Shown here: in pieces, positions 9,956-21,559 of the stretch | Numbering within the stretch: position 1 is the first letter of the stretch | Layout: each line of letters begins with the position of its first letter | From: an uncultured Nitrososphaeraceae archaeon | GTDB taxonomy: Archaea > Thermoproteota > Nitrososphaeria > Nitrososphaerales > Nitrososphaeraceae | Direction: 5' to 3' | NCBI GenBank assembly: GCA_963765895.1 | Contig: CAVXZB010000032.1 | Coordinates: forward strand, 13,015 to 77,014 | Length of the DNA: 64,000 nucleotides | Position numbers and translations under genes: made by a program | The notes under the pieces: generated by a model | Told to the model about the DNA's origin: nothing | The model's database searches: none | What the model saw: only the letters and a program-made list of their open reading frames with translations

Positions 9956-10576
9956 TTACCTAACACTTGCGGGGGCACTTAATCTGAAGGACTTAATCAT
10001 GGAAGATACGGTTGCGTCATCAAAGGGCCATGCACTATTATATGTAATGATGTATGCTTTACCATCTTTTATTGTAAAAAGTTGTAATATATTTTTTGGA
10101 AGAATAAACTCTGAACTACTTTGTTTCATGATATATTCTAATTTTTGTGCGGGGTTACCTGCCAAGACCGCGTTAGATTTTGTAATATTATGTAATGATC
10201 CGTAAGATTTTAGTTGGTCTGTGGCAGCTCTAGCATATTCATTTAAGGTTACATTAGCCCGTCCTAAAGTTTCCACTACTATATTGACGACGCTACATGG
10301 CGCCTTAAAGCTAACTACAGTATACGAAGGGTTGCTATTCGGACCTGTTACGTTCCAGCTAGCCGGATACAGTATGCTTATTCCAAGCGCACCATTTTCA
10401 TATGTCTTAAGATTAGTTGTTTTAGGCGTACACTGAGACTTCATTTCGTCAAAGATCTGATCTATATTATCTCCTCTTGCGGGAGGGTAAGATGAAAATG
10501 AAAAAAGAATCGCAAAAAGCAATCCATAGCAAATGATCTCATTTTTGTGAATTACAATCCCATCAATAATTGACAT
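9956..10576 (-). CDS. PsbP/DUF1795-like exported protein
   Basis: TYEN..LGISILYPASW, LAGNPAQKLEY and TIKDGKAYIITY motifs, with a hydrophobic N-terminus. Confidence 0.8.
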   Translation of the reverse strand: MSIIDGIVIHKNEIICYGLLFAILFSFSSYPPARGDNIDQIFDEMKSQCTPKTTNLKTYENGALGISILYPASWNVTGPNSNPSYTVVSFKAPCSVVNIVVETLGRANVTLNEYARAATDQLKSYGSLHNITKSNAVLAGNPAQKLEYIMKQSSSEFILPKNILQLFTIKDGKAYIITYNSAWPFDDATVSSMIKSFRLSAPASVR

Positions 10577-10655
10577 AATATTATAATATCCTTTGGTTTA
10601 ATGTATTAAATAAAGTTTAAAAACAATAAAATAAGCAATGAGTATGACGATAGCT

Positions 10656-12722
10656 TTATTGAATAATTATATCCTTAAATATTTTCTCATTTCTTATGTT
10701 GTCAAAGTCTTTTTCCAGCTTCGCTAATTCTCGATATTTCGGCCCGCCTATTCTAATTGCCTGAATTAAATCCGACATACCTTCCTTGAAACGCCCTATT
10801 TTAACTTTCGAACATGCTCTGTTGTAAAATGGAACAGCATCAATTGGAGATTCAAGGTAATTTTGCACCTCTATAGCATTATCGTAACTTTGTATAGCAC
10901 TGTTGTAATCTCCAAGTTTAGTATAAGCTAAACCTCTGTTATACCATGCATCATAATACTGAGGCCTAATCTTGATAGTCTCATCATAAGATTTTATTGC
11001 TTCACTGTATCTACCTAATTCATAAAACGCCAGACCTCTGTTATACCATGCAAAAGGATAGTCAGCCCTTATCTTTATGGAGGTATCGTAACTTTGTATA
11101 GCACTGTTGTAATCTCCAAGTTTAGCATAAGCTAAACCTCTGTTATTCCATGCAACAATATATTTAGGATCTACTCCAATAGATTCATCATAGTATTGAA
11201 CAGCTTCCTTGTAATTGCCTAATTCATCAAGGATTTTACCTTTGTTATATAATGCTTCTAGGAAATTTGGATTTAGATCAAGAGCTTTGTCGCAGTTTTC
11301 TAGAGCTTTGTCATATTTCTTCAGCTTATAATATGTAATTGCAATAATCATACCGAATAGCTTAGCCTTTTTGTCATCAGACAGATAAACTGGAATCTCT
11401 TTGATCGTATCTTCGACTATATTGAGAGGCACAGAGCTAATGAGTGGGATTGTGTACAAAGTCTCTATAACTGAAGCTGCTAATTCTTCATTGTTAAGGT
11501 TTAATATCAAATCCACTGCTTTCTTAATGTATCCTTTATTTTTAAGAAGCTTTCTTTTGTCGTTTGGATCATATAAATATGAAAGCAGCTCAATATCCCA
11601 TTTAGGGTGAATCGTCTTCCATCCTATGACGGGTTGAGAATATAGGGTTGCACCTTCAAGATCAAGAGCATAACTTAAAAGGTCCATATCTTCTAACAGT
11701 TCTTCAGATATTGGCAAGCCTGCAATATCTAATAATGAACAGACAAGCATAGTTGTTATCTTCATTTCATAAGCCTCTTCAGATTGCTCTGCATCACTAA
11801 GATAATTCTCATATCTTCTTTCGACATCGCTTCTTAATCCCTTTCCAAAAACAGAGAACTTGACCATTAAAGGATGTCCTTTTGCTGCATCATTGTAGAT
11901 TTTTTCAGAAATTAATTGATATGCATACTCTTCTGACCAAGCATTCAAAGGAGTTCTTATTTGCCGGATTAAATGCTCTATGTTACCATACCGTTTGATG
12001 AAGGCTTTAGTTTCTTCCTTGGTATAGGTTGGCAATTTGAATCTGAAAGTTGGTCTTGCTCTAAATTTTCTTATTGATTCTCTGTAAATTCCTTCTTTTA
12101 CCTTTCCCAGTCTATCATTAACATACCAATCAAATTCTGGCAGCCCGGCGGTTAAGACGAATCTTACACTGGCATGTGATTCATAATTTGACAGCTCATC
12201 CATAACGTAAAAAATTGCGGCAGTTCTTTCACTATGAACGTCATCTACGGCAACCAAGACGTTATTATTATTATTCAAAAAGTTTTCGATGAAATGTATA
12301 ATCTCTGTGCCATTTGTAAGATCTGAATCACCAAAATTATATAGTATTTTAAATCCTTTTTCAAAGTACTCGCATATAATTTCCATTAGAATAGTACTTT
12401 TAGAAGTGCCCATTTCACCTACTAACAATACCTGATGATGATTTTCGATTTTCGTCTTTATTTGATCCACAATGCTTCTTCGAAATTCATAATGTTCCTT
12501 AATCGATGATAACTTGAATGAAAACCCCTCTTTCCAATCATCAAAGTCTTGATCTGTAGCCTTATAATCGTCAAAGTAAGTCGGTTTGAGTAAGTTCAAT
12601 CCAAAGCTTCTCGCTTCATTGGCTAGACCAATTACAACATCTCCGCCGATGTGAATGTTTTTTCCAATAAATATTCCCTTACCACTAACGTCGCCTGTCT
12701 GAATACGATCACCAGTAGACAT
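10656..12722 (-). CDS. STAND-like P-loop NTPase with C-terminal TPR repeats and a short G/I-rich N-terminal motif (NLR-like)
   Basis: Walker A-like GEMGTSKST, Walker B VLVAVDDVH, GHPL motif and about 6 TPRs (AWYNRGLAY..LG.Y..AI..YD). Confidence 0.85.
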   Translation of the reverse strand: MSTGDRIQTGDVSGKGIFIGKNIHIGGDVVIGLANEARSFGLNLLKPTYFDDYKATDQDFDDWKEGFSFKLSSIKEHYEFRRSIVDQIKTKIENHHQVLLVGEMGTSKSTILMEIICEYFEKGFKILYNFGDSDLTNGTEIIHFIENFLNNNNNVLVAVDDVHSERTAAIFYVMDELSNYESHASVRFVLTAGLPEFDWYVNDRLGKVKEGIYRESIRKFRARPTFRFKLPTYTKEETKAFIKRYGNIEHLIRQIRTPLNAWSEEYAYQLISEKIYNDAAKGHPLMVKFSVFGKGLRSDVERRYENYLSDAEQSEEAYEMKITTMLVCSLLDIAGLPISEELLEDMDLLSYALDLEGATLYSQPVIGWKTIHPKWDIELLSYLYDPNDKRKLLKNKGYIKKAVDLILNLNNEELAASVIETLYTIPLISSVPLNIVEDTIKEIPVYLSDDKKAKLFGMIIAITYYKLKKYDKALENCDKALDLNPNFLEALYNKGKILDELGNYKEAVQYYDESIGVDPKYIVAWNNRGLAYAKLGDYNSAIQSYDTSIKIRADYPFAWYNRGLAFYELGRYSEAIKSYDETIKIRPQYYDAWYNRGLAYTKLGDYNSAIQSYDNAIEVQNYLESPIDAVPFYNRACSKVKIGRFKEGMSDLIQAIRIGGPKYRELAKLEKDFDNIRNEKIFKDIIIQ

Positions 12723-12765
12723 ATTACTATCTAAATATAATCAGTACGGATATTGAGAGAATCTG

Positions 12766-13257
12766 TCACCTACCTTGTTTTACAGCATCGACAATTGCCT
12801 CTACTCCCTTGCCTATAAGTTTGCTAAAAGGAGATAGAGGTGTAAATGTGGTAATAATTTCGGCTGCTGAGGGAAGAGCATTCAATACTTTATCAACAAG
12901 GTCAACCGTCTGTGCTTGAATATTTGTCTGTTTTACAAAATTTATCTTCTCTTTGCCTGGGGTAACATCTTCAACTTCTTTTCCAAGTCTAACAATGGCT
13001 TCTTGTATCTGGTTTGTCTTTTCTTCTGGAACTTTATATTTTTGAAATTCTTTATTGAGGTTTTCAGAAAACTTTCTTAAGCTCTCGGAATATTCACTCG
13101 GTACCTTTTCAAGTTCCTTAGTTAGATTATTAATATTTATTGTCCCGATGTCAATATCCTTACCTATAACAATGCCTTCTCCACTTACGGTGCCCACTGA
13201 AATAACATCTCCAGATGGCGATTGTTCATTAACACTATTTTTTTCATTAATTTCCAA
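12766..13257 (-). CDS. Small helical protein whose N-terminal G/I-rich motif matches the adjacent NLR-like protein
   Basis: 163 aa. GDVISVGTVSGEGIVIGKDIDIG is followed by helical sequence; the gene ends 43 bp upstream of the STAND-TPR gene. Confidence 0.75.
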   Translation of the reverse strand: MEINEKNSVNEQSPSGDVISVGTVSGEGIVIGKDIDIGTININNLTKELEKVPSEYSESLRKFSENLNKEFQKYKVPEEKTNQIQEAIVRLGKEVEDVTPGKEKINFVKQTNIQAQTVDLVDKVLNALPSAAEIITTFTPLSPFSKLIGKGVEAIVDAVKQGR

Positions 13258-13657
13258 ATCTGAGCCCAGAATTCTATTGAGTCGTTACAATATATAAGAA
13301 TTAATTCCTATTCCTAGGCTATGCGTAGAAATATGATGGCACTACTTCCACACACCGCCAAGGTATGTACTTAATACTGACTAAGGGTATTATAGGCGTA
13401 AAAGAGTTTGAATCATGTTGACTCAGAAAGAAACCGTGATAGTACAATTGCTGAAACTTCTGTAGCTCTCGTAAAAAATATTATTTGAGAGATGGATATC
13501 TTACGCCAAGAATGAATGTTGTGAAATTGGGTAATGTCCGATGGTTGAAGTCATGCGCCAATTTGGGTTTTACTATAGGTATGATATGCAAGATTTCATC
13601 GAATACTCACATCTCGGTCTCTTAGCATTTATTTAACTGGCGGTAAAATATTATTAT

Positions 13658-13730
13658 TACTAAAGGATAAATTTTATTTCAGCAATGGTGTTCCATTAAT
13701 TCGGTCTGAAGAAATTTACCCCTTTGTAGT
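13658..13730. repeat. Inverted pair of the island motif, degenerate (site D)
   Basis: tactaaaggataaattttatttcag, ~23-bp spacer, ctgaagaaatttacccctttgtagt. Confidence 0.75.
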
Positions 13731-13744
13731 CAGATATTTAATGA

Positions 13745-14095
13745 GATAGAACAGAATCTACACTTCATAATATCACATTTCCAAGAACCCCTTTTCCCAA
13801 GGAATATCATGACCAAAACCCTTGGCTATCAGAAAGAAGTGTTCAACCTACAAAAGTCCTAGGATATTTTAAGGCATCAAACTATGAGGACTGTAGAATT
13901 AATGCTTATCATTCGTTTACCAAATATGATGGAATAAATAGAACTACACCAAGTTTTCTAATGATTGACATTGATCTAAAGGACTTTGCGTCAAAAGATT
14001 AAATCGGTAGAGCTATAAAGGGTCATAAAGAAAATTAATACAATTACAAGCGGAGACCCTACATTACTATGTACTGGTAATGGTTATCTTATCTC
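13745..14095 (+). pseudogene. Remnant of an archaeo-eukaryotic primase (AEP)-like gene
   Basis: Fragments LHFIISHFQEPLFPRNIMTK, FKASNYEDCRINAY, PSFLMIDIDL (DxD) and GDPTLLCTGNGY, interrupted by frameshifts and a stop. Confidence 0.7.
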
Positions 14096-14133
14096 AAATG
14101 ATACATAGACAGAACTTTAACAAATCTAAATCA

Positions 14134-16970
14134 TCATGCATTATTATTTTTAATCGGCTTTCCATCTGAAGTATATTTTGTTATTCTTCTTCCAAACGAT
14201 TTAGCAGGTTGCTCAGTATAGCTTGTATTGCGCTCCTTGAGGTCTTGTAGGATTGAATCTTCATAATCCAATTCTTTTGGTACCATATATCCAGACATGA
14301 GATACTTATTTTTCATTTGAATCTCTGTATTCTTTCGTAACATAATCTCTGTTCTTGATGGGTTTTCGAACTCAATAATGAAACTACAATGGAAATTTGT
14401 ATCGGCAATTTTAGTATTTGATAGATCAGCTCCTGAAAGATTTGCTCCAAAGAGAATGGTATTTGATAGATCAGCTCCTGAAAGATTAGCTCCAGAAAGA
14501 TCAGCATTTGATAGATCAGCTCCTGAAAGGTTAGCTCCAGAAAGAATAGTACGTGATGCATTAACACCCATAAGCATAGAATAGGTAAATTTCGTATTTA
14601 ACATATTTGCTCCTGAAAGGTTAGCTCCAGAAAGGTTAGCTCCAGAAAGATCAGCATTTGATAGATCAGCTCCAGAAAGGTTAGCTCCAGAAAGATTTGC
14701 ACGGATATCAGCTCCAGAAAGGTTAGCTCCAGAAAGGTTAGCTCCAGAAAGGTTAGCTCCAGAAAGATCAGCATTTGATAGATCAGCTCCTTGGAGGAAT
14801 TCAAAAGATAAATCAACAGCCCTTAATCTTTTGGGTAGCAAAGATACAGTGCGACTTGTCTTAACTATAAGATCAGATAATATTTTTTTATCAATGTTCA
14901 TTCGGTATTCCTCTAGCTTATTTAACACGTATAAAGATAACCAACGATGAATCCAAAGTTCACGATATCTAGAGAGAGGTAATTCACACATGTTCCATAG
15001 TCCTATCTTTTTTACTTCAGAGTTTTCTGTTTGAAATATTATTTCCTCATCTTCATAATATCTTTGTGCATTTCGGATAAGATTTCGTTTAATTTGTGAT
15101 GGAGATACATTCTGTTGTTGGTTCTGAGGAACTAATGATTTTATCAGAGTGGTGGTATATTCGTTTAGACTATTATTATTAGTATTAAATAATTCCAATA
15201 ATCCATCAAGAAATAGCATTGTCTCTGCAGTGGGAATACCCACATTAAGATAATTTTTCTTGTCTTCCAGTATGCTCTCAATATAGTATTCTGCAAGAAG
15301 ATATTCTTGAAAGCTTTTGTGAATAAAATCTACGGTCTTATCTGTAGTAGTCTGACCTTGTAAATAAAAGTAAGATGTAAGAATGGGTTCAAATAATTCT
15401 TTCTGTAGCGTCTTATCGAAGCCATAGATCCTAAGTTTATCTATGAGAACGCTTTGTTTTAAGATATCCGGATAGTACATCTGTCTTAATGCGGCTATCT
15501 TGCGTAAGATTTTCTTTTCTTCAGAATAAAACTGCGCGTATAATGATATTCATCAGCTACCTGTTTGTGCTTGCCTCTTATAATCGAATGAATGAATCCT
15601 TCATAGATTAATGCCCTTGTCATCTGCGTATTCACAGAATCCTTTAGCATTATTTCATCTTCTAATTTTGACTGCATCATTATGCAGAACATCCGACAAA
15701 ATAAAGGCTTACGAATTTCTTCTTCCGTTAATTTATAATTTTGAAGCTTATAAAAATTAAATTCTAATCCATATTTGTAGAAAAATTCATTTACTTGCAC
15801 TCTACTCAATGGAAGCAGTCTAATATAATGGGATATGTTGAGTTTTTCAGGTATGCCCGCTTCCAATCTTGTTGTGATTATATATTTCATATTTGGAAAC
15901 GCCTCATCGCTTTGTAACTCATCAAGAAACTCCTTTAGCTTCTCTTCATCATCGCCGTATTCGTCCAAGCCGTCACATATAAGAAGTATCTTTCTCTTCT
16001 TGCCCGCTCCTCCGGGAGCTATTAACTTTAGGATTTCATCAAGACTATGTTCCTCTTCATCTACAATTTTAAGTTTGCCTTTTAAGGGAATGAATATAGG
16101 AATGTAGCTATTTTCGTTGTTGGGATTTTCAAGAAATGTAGAAGCCATGGTAGAAGTCAAATGGATAGACAAAGAGGTTTTTCCGATTCCAAAAGGAGCA
16201 CCGAGCACGATACGACGTTTGCCTTTAGCAAGGTGGTCTAATACAAGGGATTTTGCTTTTGGCGTCGTTTCACTATCAAAATATGCTGAGAAATAGATAT
16301 CTCCCTCCTCCCACGTCTGAACACTTCTATTGACAGCGTTGTTTTCAATATAATACTCGTCCAAATACTTCCCATCTATGCGATTTGATTTGTAAATAAG
16401 TGATCTTGAATATTCAAGATGCTTTAATAGGTTTTTAGTTCGCTCTTTGTGCGCGAACATGTCTTTGAATGGTTTAATCGCTGGATCATTATCCGCCTTT
16501 TCTTCTAGAGATATATTGAAATTAAATATAAAATTGTGTATCAAATCCTTATGTTGCTCGTAACTTAAAATATTGCATAAAAGGGATCTAAACCTTGTGA
16601 TGACGGGGTGGTCTGGCAAATATGAGTTCCATCCTTCAGTATCAATAAAAGTGTCAAATAGTTCCCTCTTGATTTTTTTACTTTTAACATTGGAAAAGAC
16701 AGCAGGTTTCTTTCAAAAAACATCCGAAATTGCCAACGCAATTGGCAAAATAATAGGAAATAAAAGCTTTGAAGATAATGTCTTGGCAAGGGCCGGAAGC
16801 ATTGGCGCTTTAATTAGTATTGGTATTGGAATCTATCAACAAATTAAATACGACCTGCAGTCTAAAGAAGAGCAGGCTTTTGCTTCATTAATAAAAATCG
16901 CATTTGAAGCAGCGCACGATTCTTTACCTGAAAGAGATGAAATATCAATAAAGGATGAAGGTATATTCAT
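14134..16970 (-). pseudogene. NACHT-type NTPase fused to pentapeptide repeats; disrupted by a frameshift (~15540) and an internal inversion (16690-16952)
   Basis: Walker A APFGIGKT, Walker B LLICDGLDE, IITTR, FIHKSFQEYLLAEY and A(D/N)LS(G/N) repeats. The shifted frame YAQFYSEEKKILRKIAALRQ joins MYYPD. Confidence 0.85.
14418..14790 (-). repeat. 15-bp coding tandem repeats (pentapeptide repeats)
   Basis: Repeated gctccagaaaggtta and gcatttgatagatca units. Confidence 0.9.
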
Positions 16971-16992
16971 GGAATTATTAAAGATTTTTCTG

Positions 16993-17191
16993 TAACCATC
17001 AGCCGCCAGCTTTCTCTCTAACCGATGGTGGTAGCCAGTCTGTTACATTAGGTCCCGGTAGTTTCGATTTACAATCCACTGATCAAGGTATCTTCTCAGG
17101 AGACTGCATGCAAACAAGCCCTACCTGTGCAACTGGTACCATTAGTACGGGACAGCACCTCACCTGTACTATCCGTATCAAATTGTTCTAA
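16993..17191 (+). pseudogene. C-terminal fragment of a surface or Ig-like protein
   Basis: Fragments DGGSQSVTLGPGSF, FSGDC and ATGTISTGQHLTCTI; no start codon. Confidence 0.45.
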
Positions 17192-17558
17192 TTTTCTTTT
17201 ATTATTTTGAATAATATATCATATGGCTCATTATGAGTAATTATTGCAACTGTAATGACTTTGACAAGGCTATAGATTACAACGGTAGGCAATATTATAA
17301 GTAACAGGATGATAGATTCAATGCAGTAAAAAAGCTGGTTTCGTATATCAGATCATGGTACTTATGATGGCCTATTGCTAGTTTGGAACCATTCAGACAT
17401 TTTCCATAGTGTTCGAAGAAATTAGCAAATCCAATGTCAAAGTGGAGGTGTAAAGGAAGTTTATCAGATTTATGGGGTGTATGATATTGTCAGGTGCGAT
17501 GCATAAATGCAGAACTTTGGCAGATGACGACAAGTACCAACCAAATAATTCTAATGAA

Positions 17559-17622
17559 CAATGGGGTAATTTTCTTTCACCCCTCCATATAGGTGGAGAA
17601 AGAAATTTTCTCCCTTAGTAGT
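17559..17622. repeat. Inverted pair of the island motif (site E)
   Basis: caatggggtaattttctttca, ~18-bp spacer, gaaagaaattttctcccttagtagt. Confidence 0.85.
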
Positions 17623-17805
17623 TTGAAATTTAGTTCTAGTACTTCACGCCCTATTATGTGAGAAGAATGGAAGCACTGAGGTACTAATGATTATTTAATA
17701 AAGTGATATGGATTTGATGATTGTGAGTACATAGCGTATAAAAATAAAATATGATCTTGAACTAGTCAAGACCAATATATGGTGTAGTGTTTGGGCCCAA
17801 CAGAT

Positions 17806-18570
17806 TCATATCAGACTGGTCATGATTTTTTTACCATCGGGAGAACCCCATCCTGTAGATGCATCCCATCCATTAGCTGCCTGAATATCCTGCTATATCT
17901 ACCAATTGATTACTGCCTATCACTTTGACATTGTTTAGACCATTATTTCCATTAGTTATGTCACGAAGTACTCCATTTGGACCAATGCGTGTGTAAAGTA
18001 GCGTATTTAGAAAGCCTACTCTTGTTCCTATTGCTTGATTGATTAACGCTATCAAACCAGCCCACAATGGAGCTACTGCACTGGTTCCCCCGATTGGAAA
18101 GTCTCGTCCGTCTACTCGAACTTGGTAGCCTGTAAGTGGTGACGCATCGCCTGACACATCTGGAACACCTCGTCCATCAAAGTTCACTCCATTAACTGAA
18201 GGAGGCAATACTAAATTCCGTTGATAGTCTGGCCGTTGAGTAAAAGCGCTGATTCCCCCACCACCTGCTCCGCCATCAGAGTCGTTCCAAACTATTTCAT
18301 TATTAATTGAACCATTGAAAGCTGTCAAATGAGTACCACCACAGGCTAATGCGAAAGCAGAAGAGGCAGGAAAATCTACATGTGCATTGCCATCGGGAAT
18401 ACCTTGACCATCATTTGAAGGCCTCTCATCGGAAGAGCCATTATCACCGGAAGCACAACATACAGCACAACATACAGTTATTCCTAAAGCAGCAGCATCT
18501 TGCAACATACCGTCGAAAGCTTGTCGGTTAGGCGCTGTCCAAAATTCTTCTGGTTTGCCCCAGCTAATAG
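17806..18570 (-). pseudogene. 5'-truncated sedolisin/kumamolisin (S53) peptidase
   Basis: ISWG, ASGDNG, DFPASS, GRGVPDVS, GGTSAVAPLWAG, and GWDASTGWGSP in a shifted frame; 12-bp duplication gives VCCAVCCA. Confidence 0.85.
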
Positions 18571-19004
18571 GTCAGGTAGTGCTTATTTCTGGTTAGATAC
18601 CATTATAAAAACATCAAAATTGTATTTAACAGTGAGTGAGCGAAGTTTTAACAGTTACCAGTAAGTTGACATGATAAAAAATATCTAGCGACTTGATTAA
18701 TGAGTTAAGTTCTGGGCTAGGAATTTCGTGTTGATTTTGCAAATGGATATCTATAGATATTAGCAGTTGGTCGATGAGGATCAACATATCTAATTCCGTT
18801 AACATGTAATGCGTCTAACACATCGGACAACGTCGGATTTTTAACACGTCCGGCGTATTTATCCCGAAAATAACGGTATAATACAGATATGAGTGGTGCC
18901 AGATTATAAATATTATCAAAAATACTATGTCCTACGTGTAGACTGACGTCATAGGATGGTGCAGTCTTTTATATAATGGACTGCACTTCAAAATCAGGTT
19001 ATAC

Positions 19005-20031
19005 TGCTCTGTTGCATGATCAATTAGGATTTAATTCATTTATGCAGATGATTATGATTATGCCATTTGATTGAACATGTTATACAGAGTTGCCTTTAGA
19101 AAGATCTCCTTTACCATGTTAGGAAATTTTCTAGCTGTTACATGTTCACCAAACATTCTTTTAATAGATGAAAAGGCAGTTTCTGCCATCCATCTGTACC
19201 CATAATTCACTCTGCGCTTCCATCTTTTGAGGTTTGCATGTTGTCTCATTACAGACATATTCCTAGCATGACAGTTAGTCGGTCTAACCTTGGAATTACT
19301 TCTTGTCTTTATACCAGGCTTAATGTGGTTCTTTGATAGGTATCTAAAATTGTTATTGCTGTCGTACATACCATCTGCTAATATGCCTTTTACATGATTA
19401 CCTCCAGCAGCAAAGAAGAAGAAGAAGAAGCATTGTCTACCAACTTACTTAACATCTTACCATCATGTACTTCTTCACTTGTTACTTCCAAGGACAGGAT
19501 TCTTTTCCTCTTGATGTCAACTGCCACATGTATCTTTAGATATCCTTTTCTAACATGCCATTTATGCCGCATCCATTCTCCACGATTAGCTACTTTAATG
19601 CCAGTGCTGTCTAAAGCATTGACAATATCATTTCCCAATCTTTCATTGATTTTAATTTCCAGTTTGTTTATACGTCTATTGATGGTACTATAATCTGGTA
19701 TGCATGGTAATTTAGTACTTGCGTGAGCTATGACTACACCCTGTGTTTGTCTATATGGTAGATGGAAATATGCTCTCATGTAGCCTAGGAGCTGAATAAA
19801 TGAATCTGGGTAGGCGTATGGTTCACCAACCTTACCATGGTTCATTTGAGATAATTCATGATCCCAACCATCAAGTACATCATAATCCAAGAGTACTCTG
19901 ACCACGTCTTACTAGTGATTCATTGTACGAAGGCCAGTCAATCAAATTATTACATAATTACTACTGGTAAGCTAAATGCAGATTGGTCAAATAAGCAATA
20001 CCTACAACATAATAAATCATGCAACAAAGCA
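19005..20031 (-). mobile_element. IS5-family insertion sequence with a frameshifted transposase
   Basis: TIRs tgctctgttgcatgat and atcatgcaacaaagca; 8-bp TSD ggttatac (18997-19004 and 20032-20039); DDE motifs ALDSTG, KIHVAVD, ADG.YD and RWMAETAFS. Confidence 0.92.
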
Positions 20032-20566
20032 GGTTATACCATAGATTTATCTCATTGTTTTACTAGCTGCCGATAGCTCCCGATTAGTAGTCGCATGTTA
20101 TCGATGATATCAATCAAATCACTATTCTTGTATTTTGTAATCAGGCTTGAAAGAGTACTGTCATCAATTCTGGATTTACTCCCATAGGATCAACGCTCTG
20201 TTTAGGTCCCTGTTTGAAGTCAATATCTGGAGCTGAATCATGTATCTATTTAATTGAAGCAGAATGGGATCGTCTACAGAAGAAATATTGTGTAAGTGCT
20301 GACTTATGACAAAAAGCAAGAGACAGTAAAACACAGTTCCACATGAAGATCCTTTTAAGAAAAACTATCTCCAAACTGGGGAGAAAATAGGTTTTAGTCT
20401 ACATTGATCATAAGACTTATGCGTAAGTATGCTTATAAAGTAACGTGTAATTCAAAACTTTTCCCTCATATATGACAGTTCAGCTAGTAATTGGTCTTGG
20501 CACATCGAATAGTATCACTCGAATATTGCTGGATTACAAAGTGGGGATCTGTGACACCCTAATATA

Positions 20567-21090
20567 CTACGATGCCCTAAAAAAATCAAGATTAACAGTC
20601 AAGTCCGGATTGGACGCATGAAAAGCATTGTCAGAGATATTAGTTATCAAATAAACATGTTTTTCTCCTGAAGCCTTATTTGTCAATGTGATTGATGCAG
20701 GAGAGCTGTCGACAACAAAATGTCCCTCATCATTAGTAGTAAATCCTGATTTCGGAACGTCACTGTATGTACAATCATTTTTGAATGTAAAGACTCCAGA
20801 TTCTGAGGCATCATGCACAGTTCCAGACCATCTCCAATTACCAAATAGTGTGACTCCTGGAAGTTGTGAACCGCATGCATTTTGCTGTTGCGTCGAGGAG
20901 GTGGATGACGCCGATGGTTGAGATGACGTATTTGGTGGGGTGGATAGGGGTGATGAGGGAGCAGTGGGTGTAGGAAGAGTGCCATGATTATATGCCACGA
21001 CTATACCGGTTATGGCTACTATGACTGCTGGACTCCAGTAAGTATACCGGGCAAAGATGTCCAGAACGATTTTTTGTTTTCGTCGCCCAT
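20567..21090 (-). pseudogene. Membrane-anchored protein with a Pro/Ser/Thr linker; frameshift near 21030
   Basis: MGDENKKSFWTSLPGILTG joins VIVAITGIVVAYNHG... across a frameshift. Confidence 0.6.
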
Positions 21091-21559
21091 TGCTAATTTC
21101 ACTATTTTATATTTTGATGATATGCCGCTACAACACCACTTAGCATGTGATGCTTGTCTGCTTTCAAACTGTGAAATAGGAGTCGATAAATCATAAATGT
21201 GTCTCAAGTCGCTTCCTTTTAAACTAATACCGAAAATACAAAGGGAAAACAGAAATAGTAAATTCATTATGGGATGCACCTTTATAATAAATGTTTATTA
21301 GTTTTTCTAACAATTCATTAATACCTGCTCCATATACGAGAAAATATTATAAATAATCTACCTCAAAGTGCACATGGTGGCGGCGTTAGTGCGAGCAGCA
21401 GATGATGGATATATTGCTGAGATAGTAGTAAATTTGAATACAAATAACGCCATTAAAGACTTTTCCATTTATTTTCGAGGTTATTTTCTATGTTACGGAA
21501 GATTTCAGTGCTTATCAGATTCTATAGGAGATCACGTTTAGGAGATGACGTGTCCTAAG

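Noticed and set aside
5901-10436. Short plus-strand ORFs antisense to the lipase, ferritin-partner and PsbP-like genes
   Set aside because: They fully overlap well-supported minus-strand genes and carry no motifs.
14313-14816. ORFs 14313-14567, 14378-14584 and 14598-14816
   Set aside because: Alternative-frame shadows of the pentapeptide repeats.
16573-16995. Independent plus-strand 140-aa gene
   Set aside because: Explained as the inverted N-terminal segment of the NACHT gene.
389-17622. CRISPR array interpretation of the 25-bp motif
   Set aside because: Copies are degenerate, occur as inverted pairs and lie kilobases apart; there are no regular spacers and no cas genes.
5425-17622. Canonical integron attC sites or simple terminators
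   Set aside because: There are no RYYYAAC/GTTRRRY cores. Arm sequence is conserved across sites, and sites lie both upstream and downstream of genes and inside a coding region, which does not fit terminators.
18600-18880. Possible resolution or end site with gttgac/gttaac-like hexamers
   Set aside because: Short, irregular repeats in AT-rich DNA that cannot be distinguished from chance.
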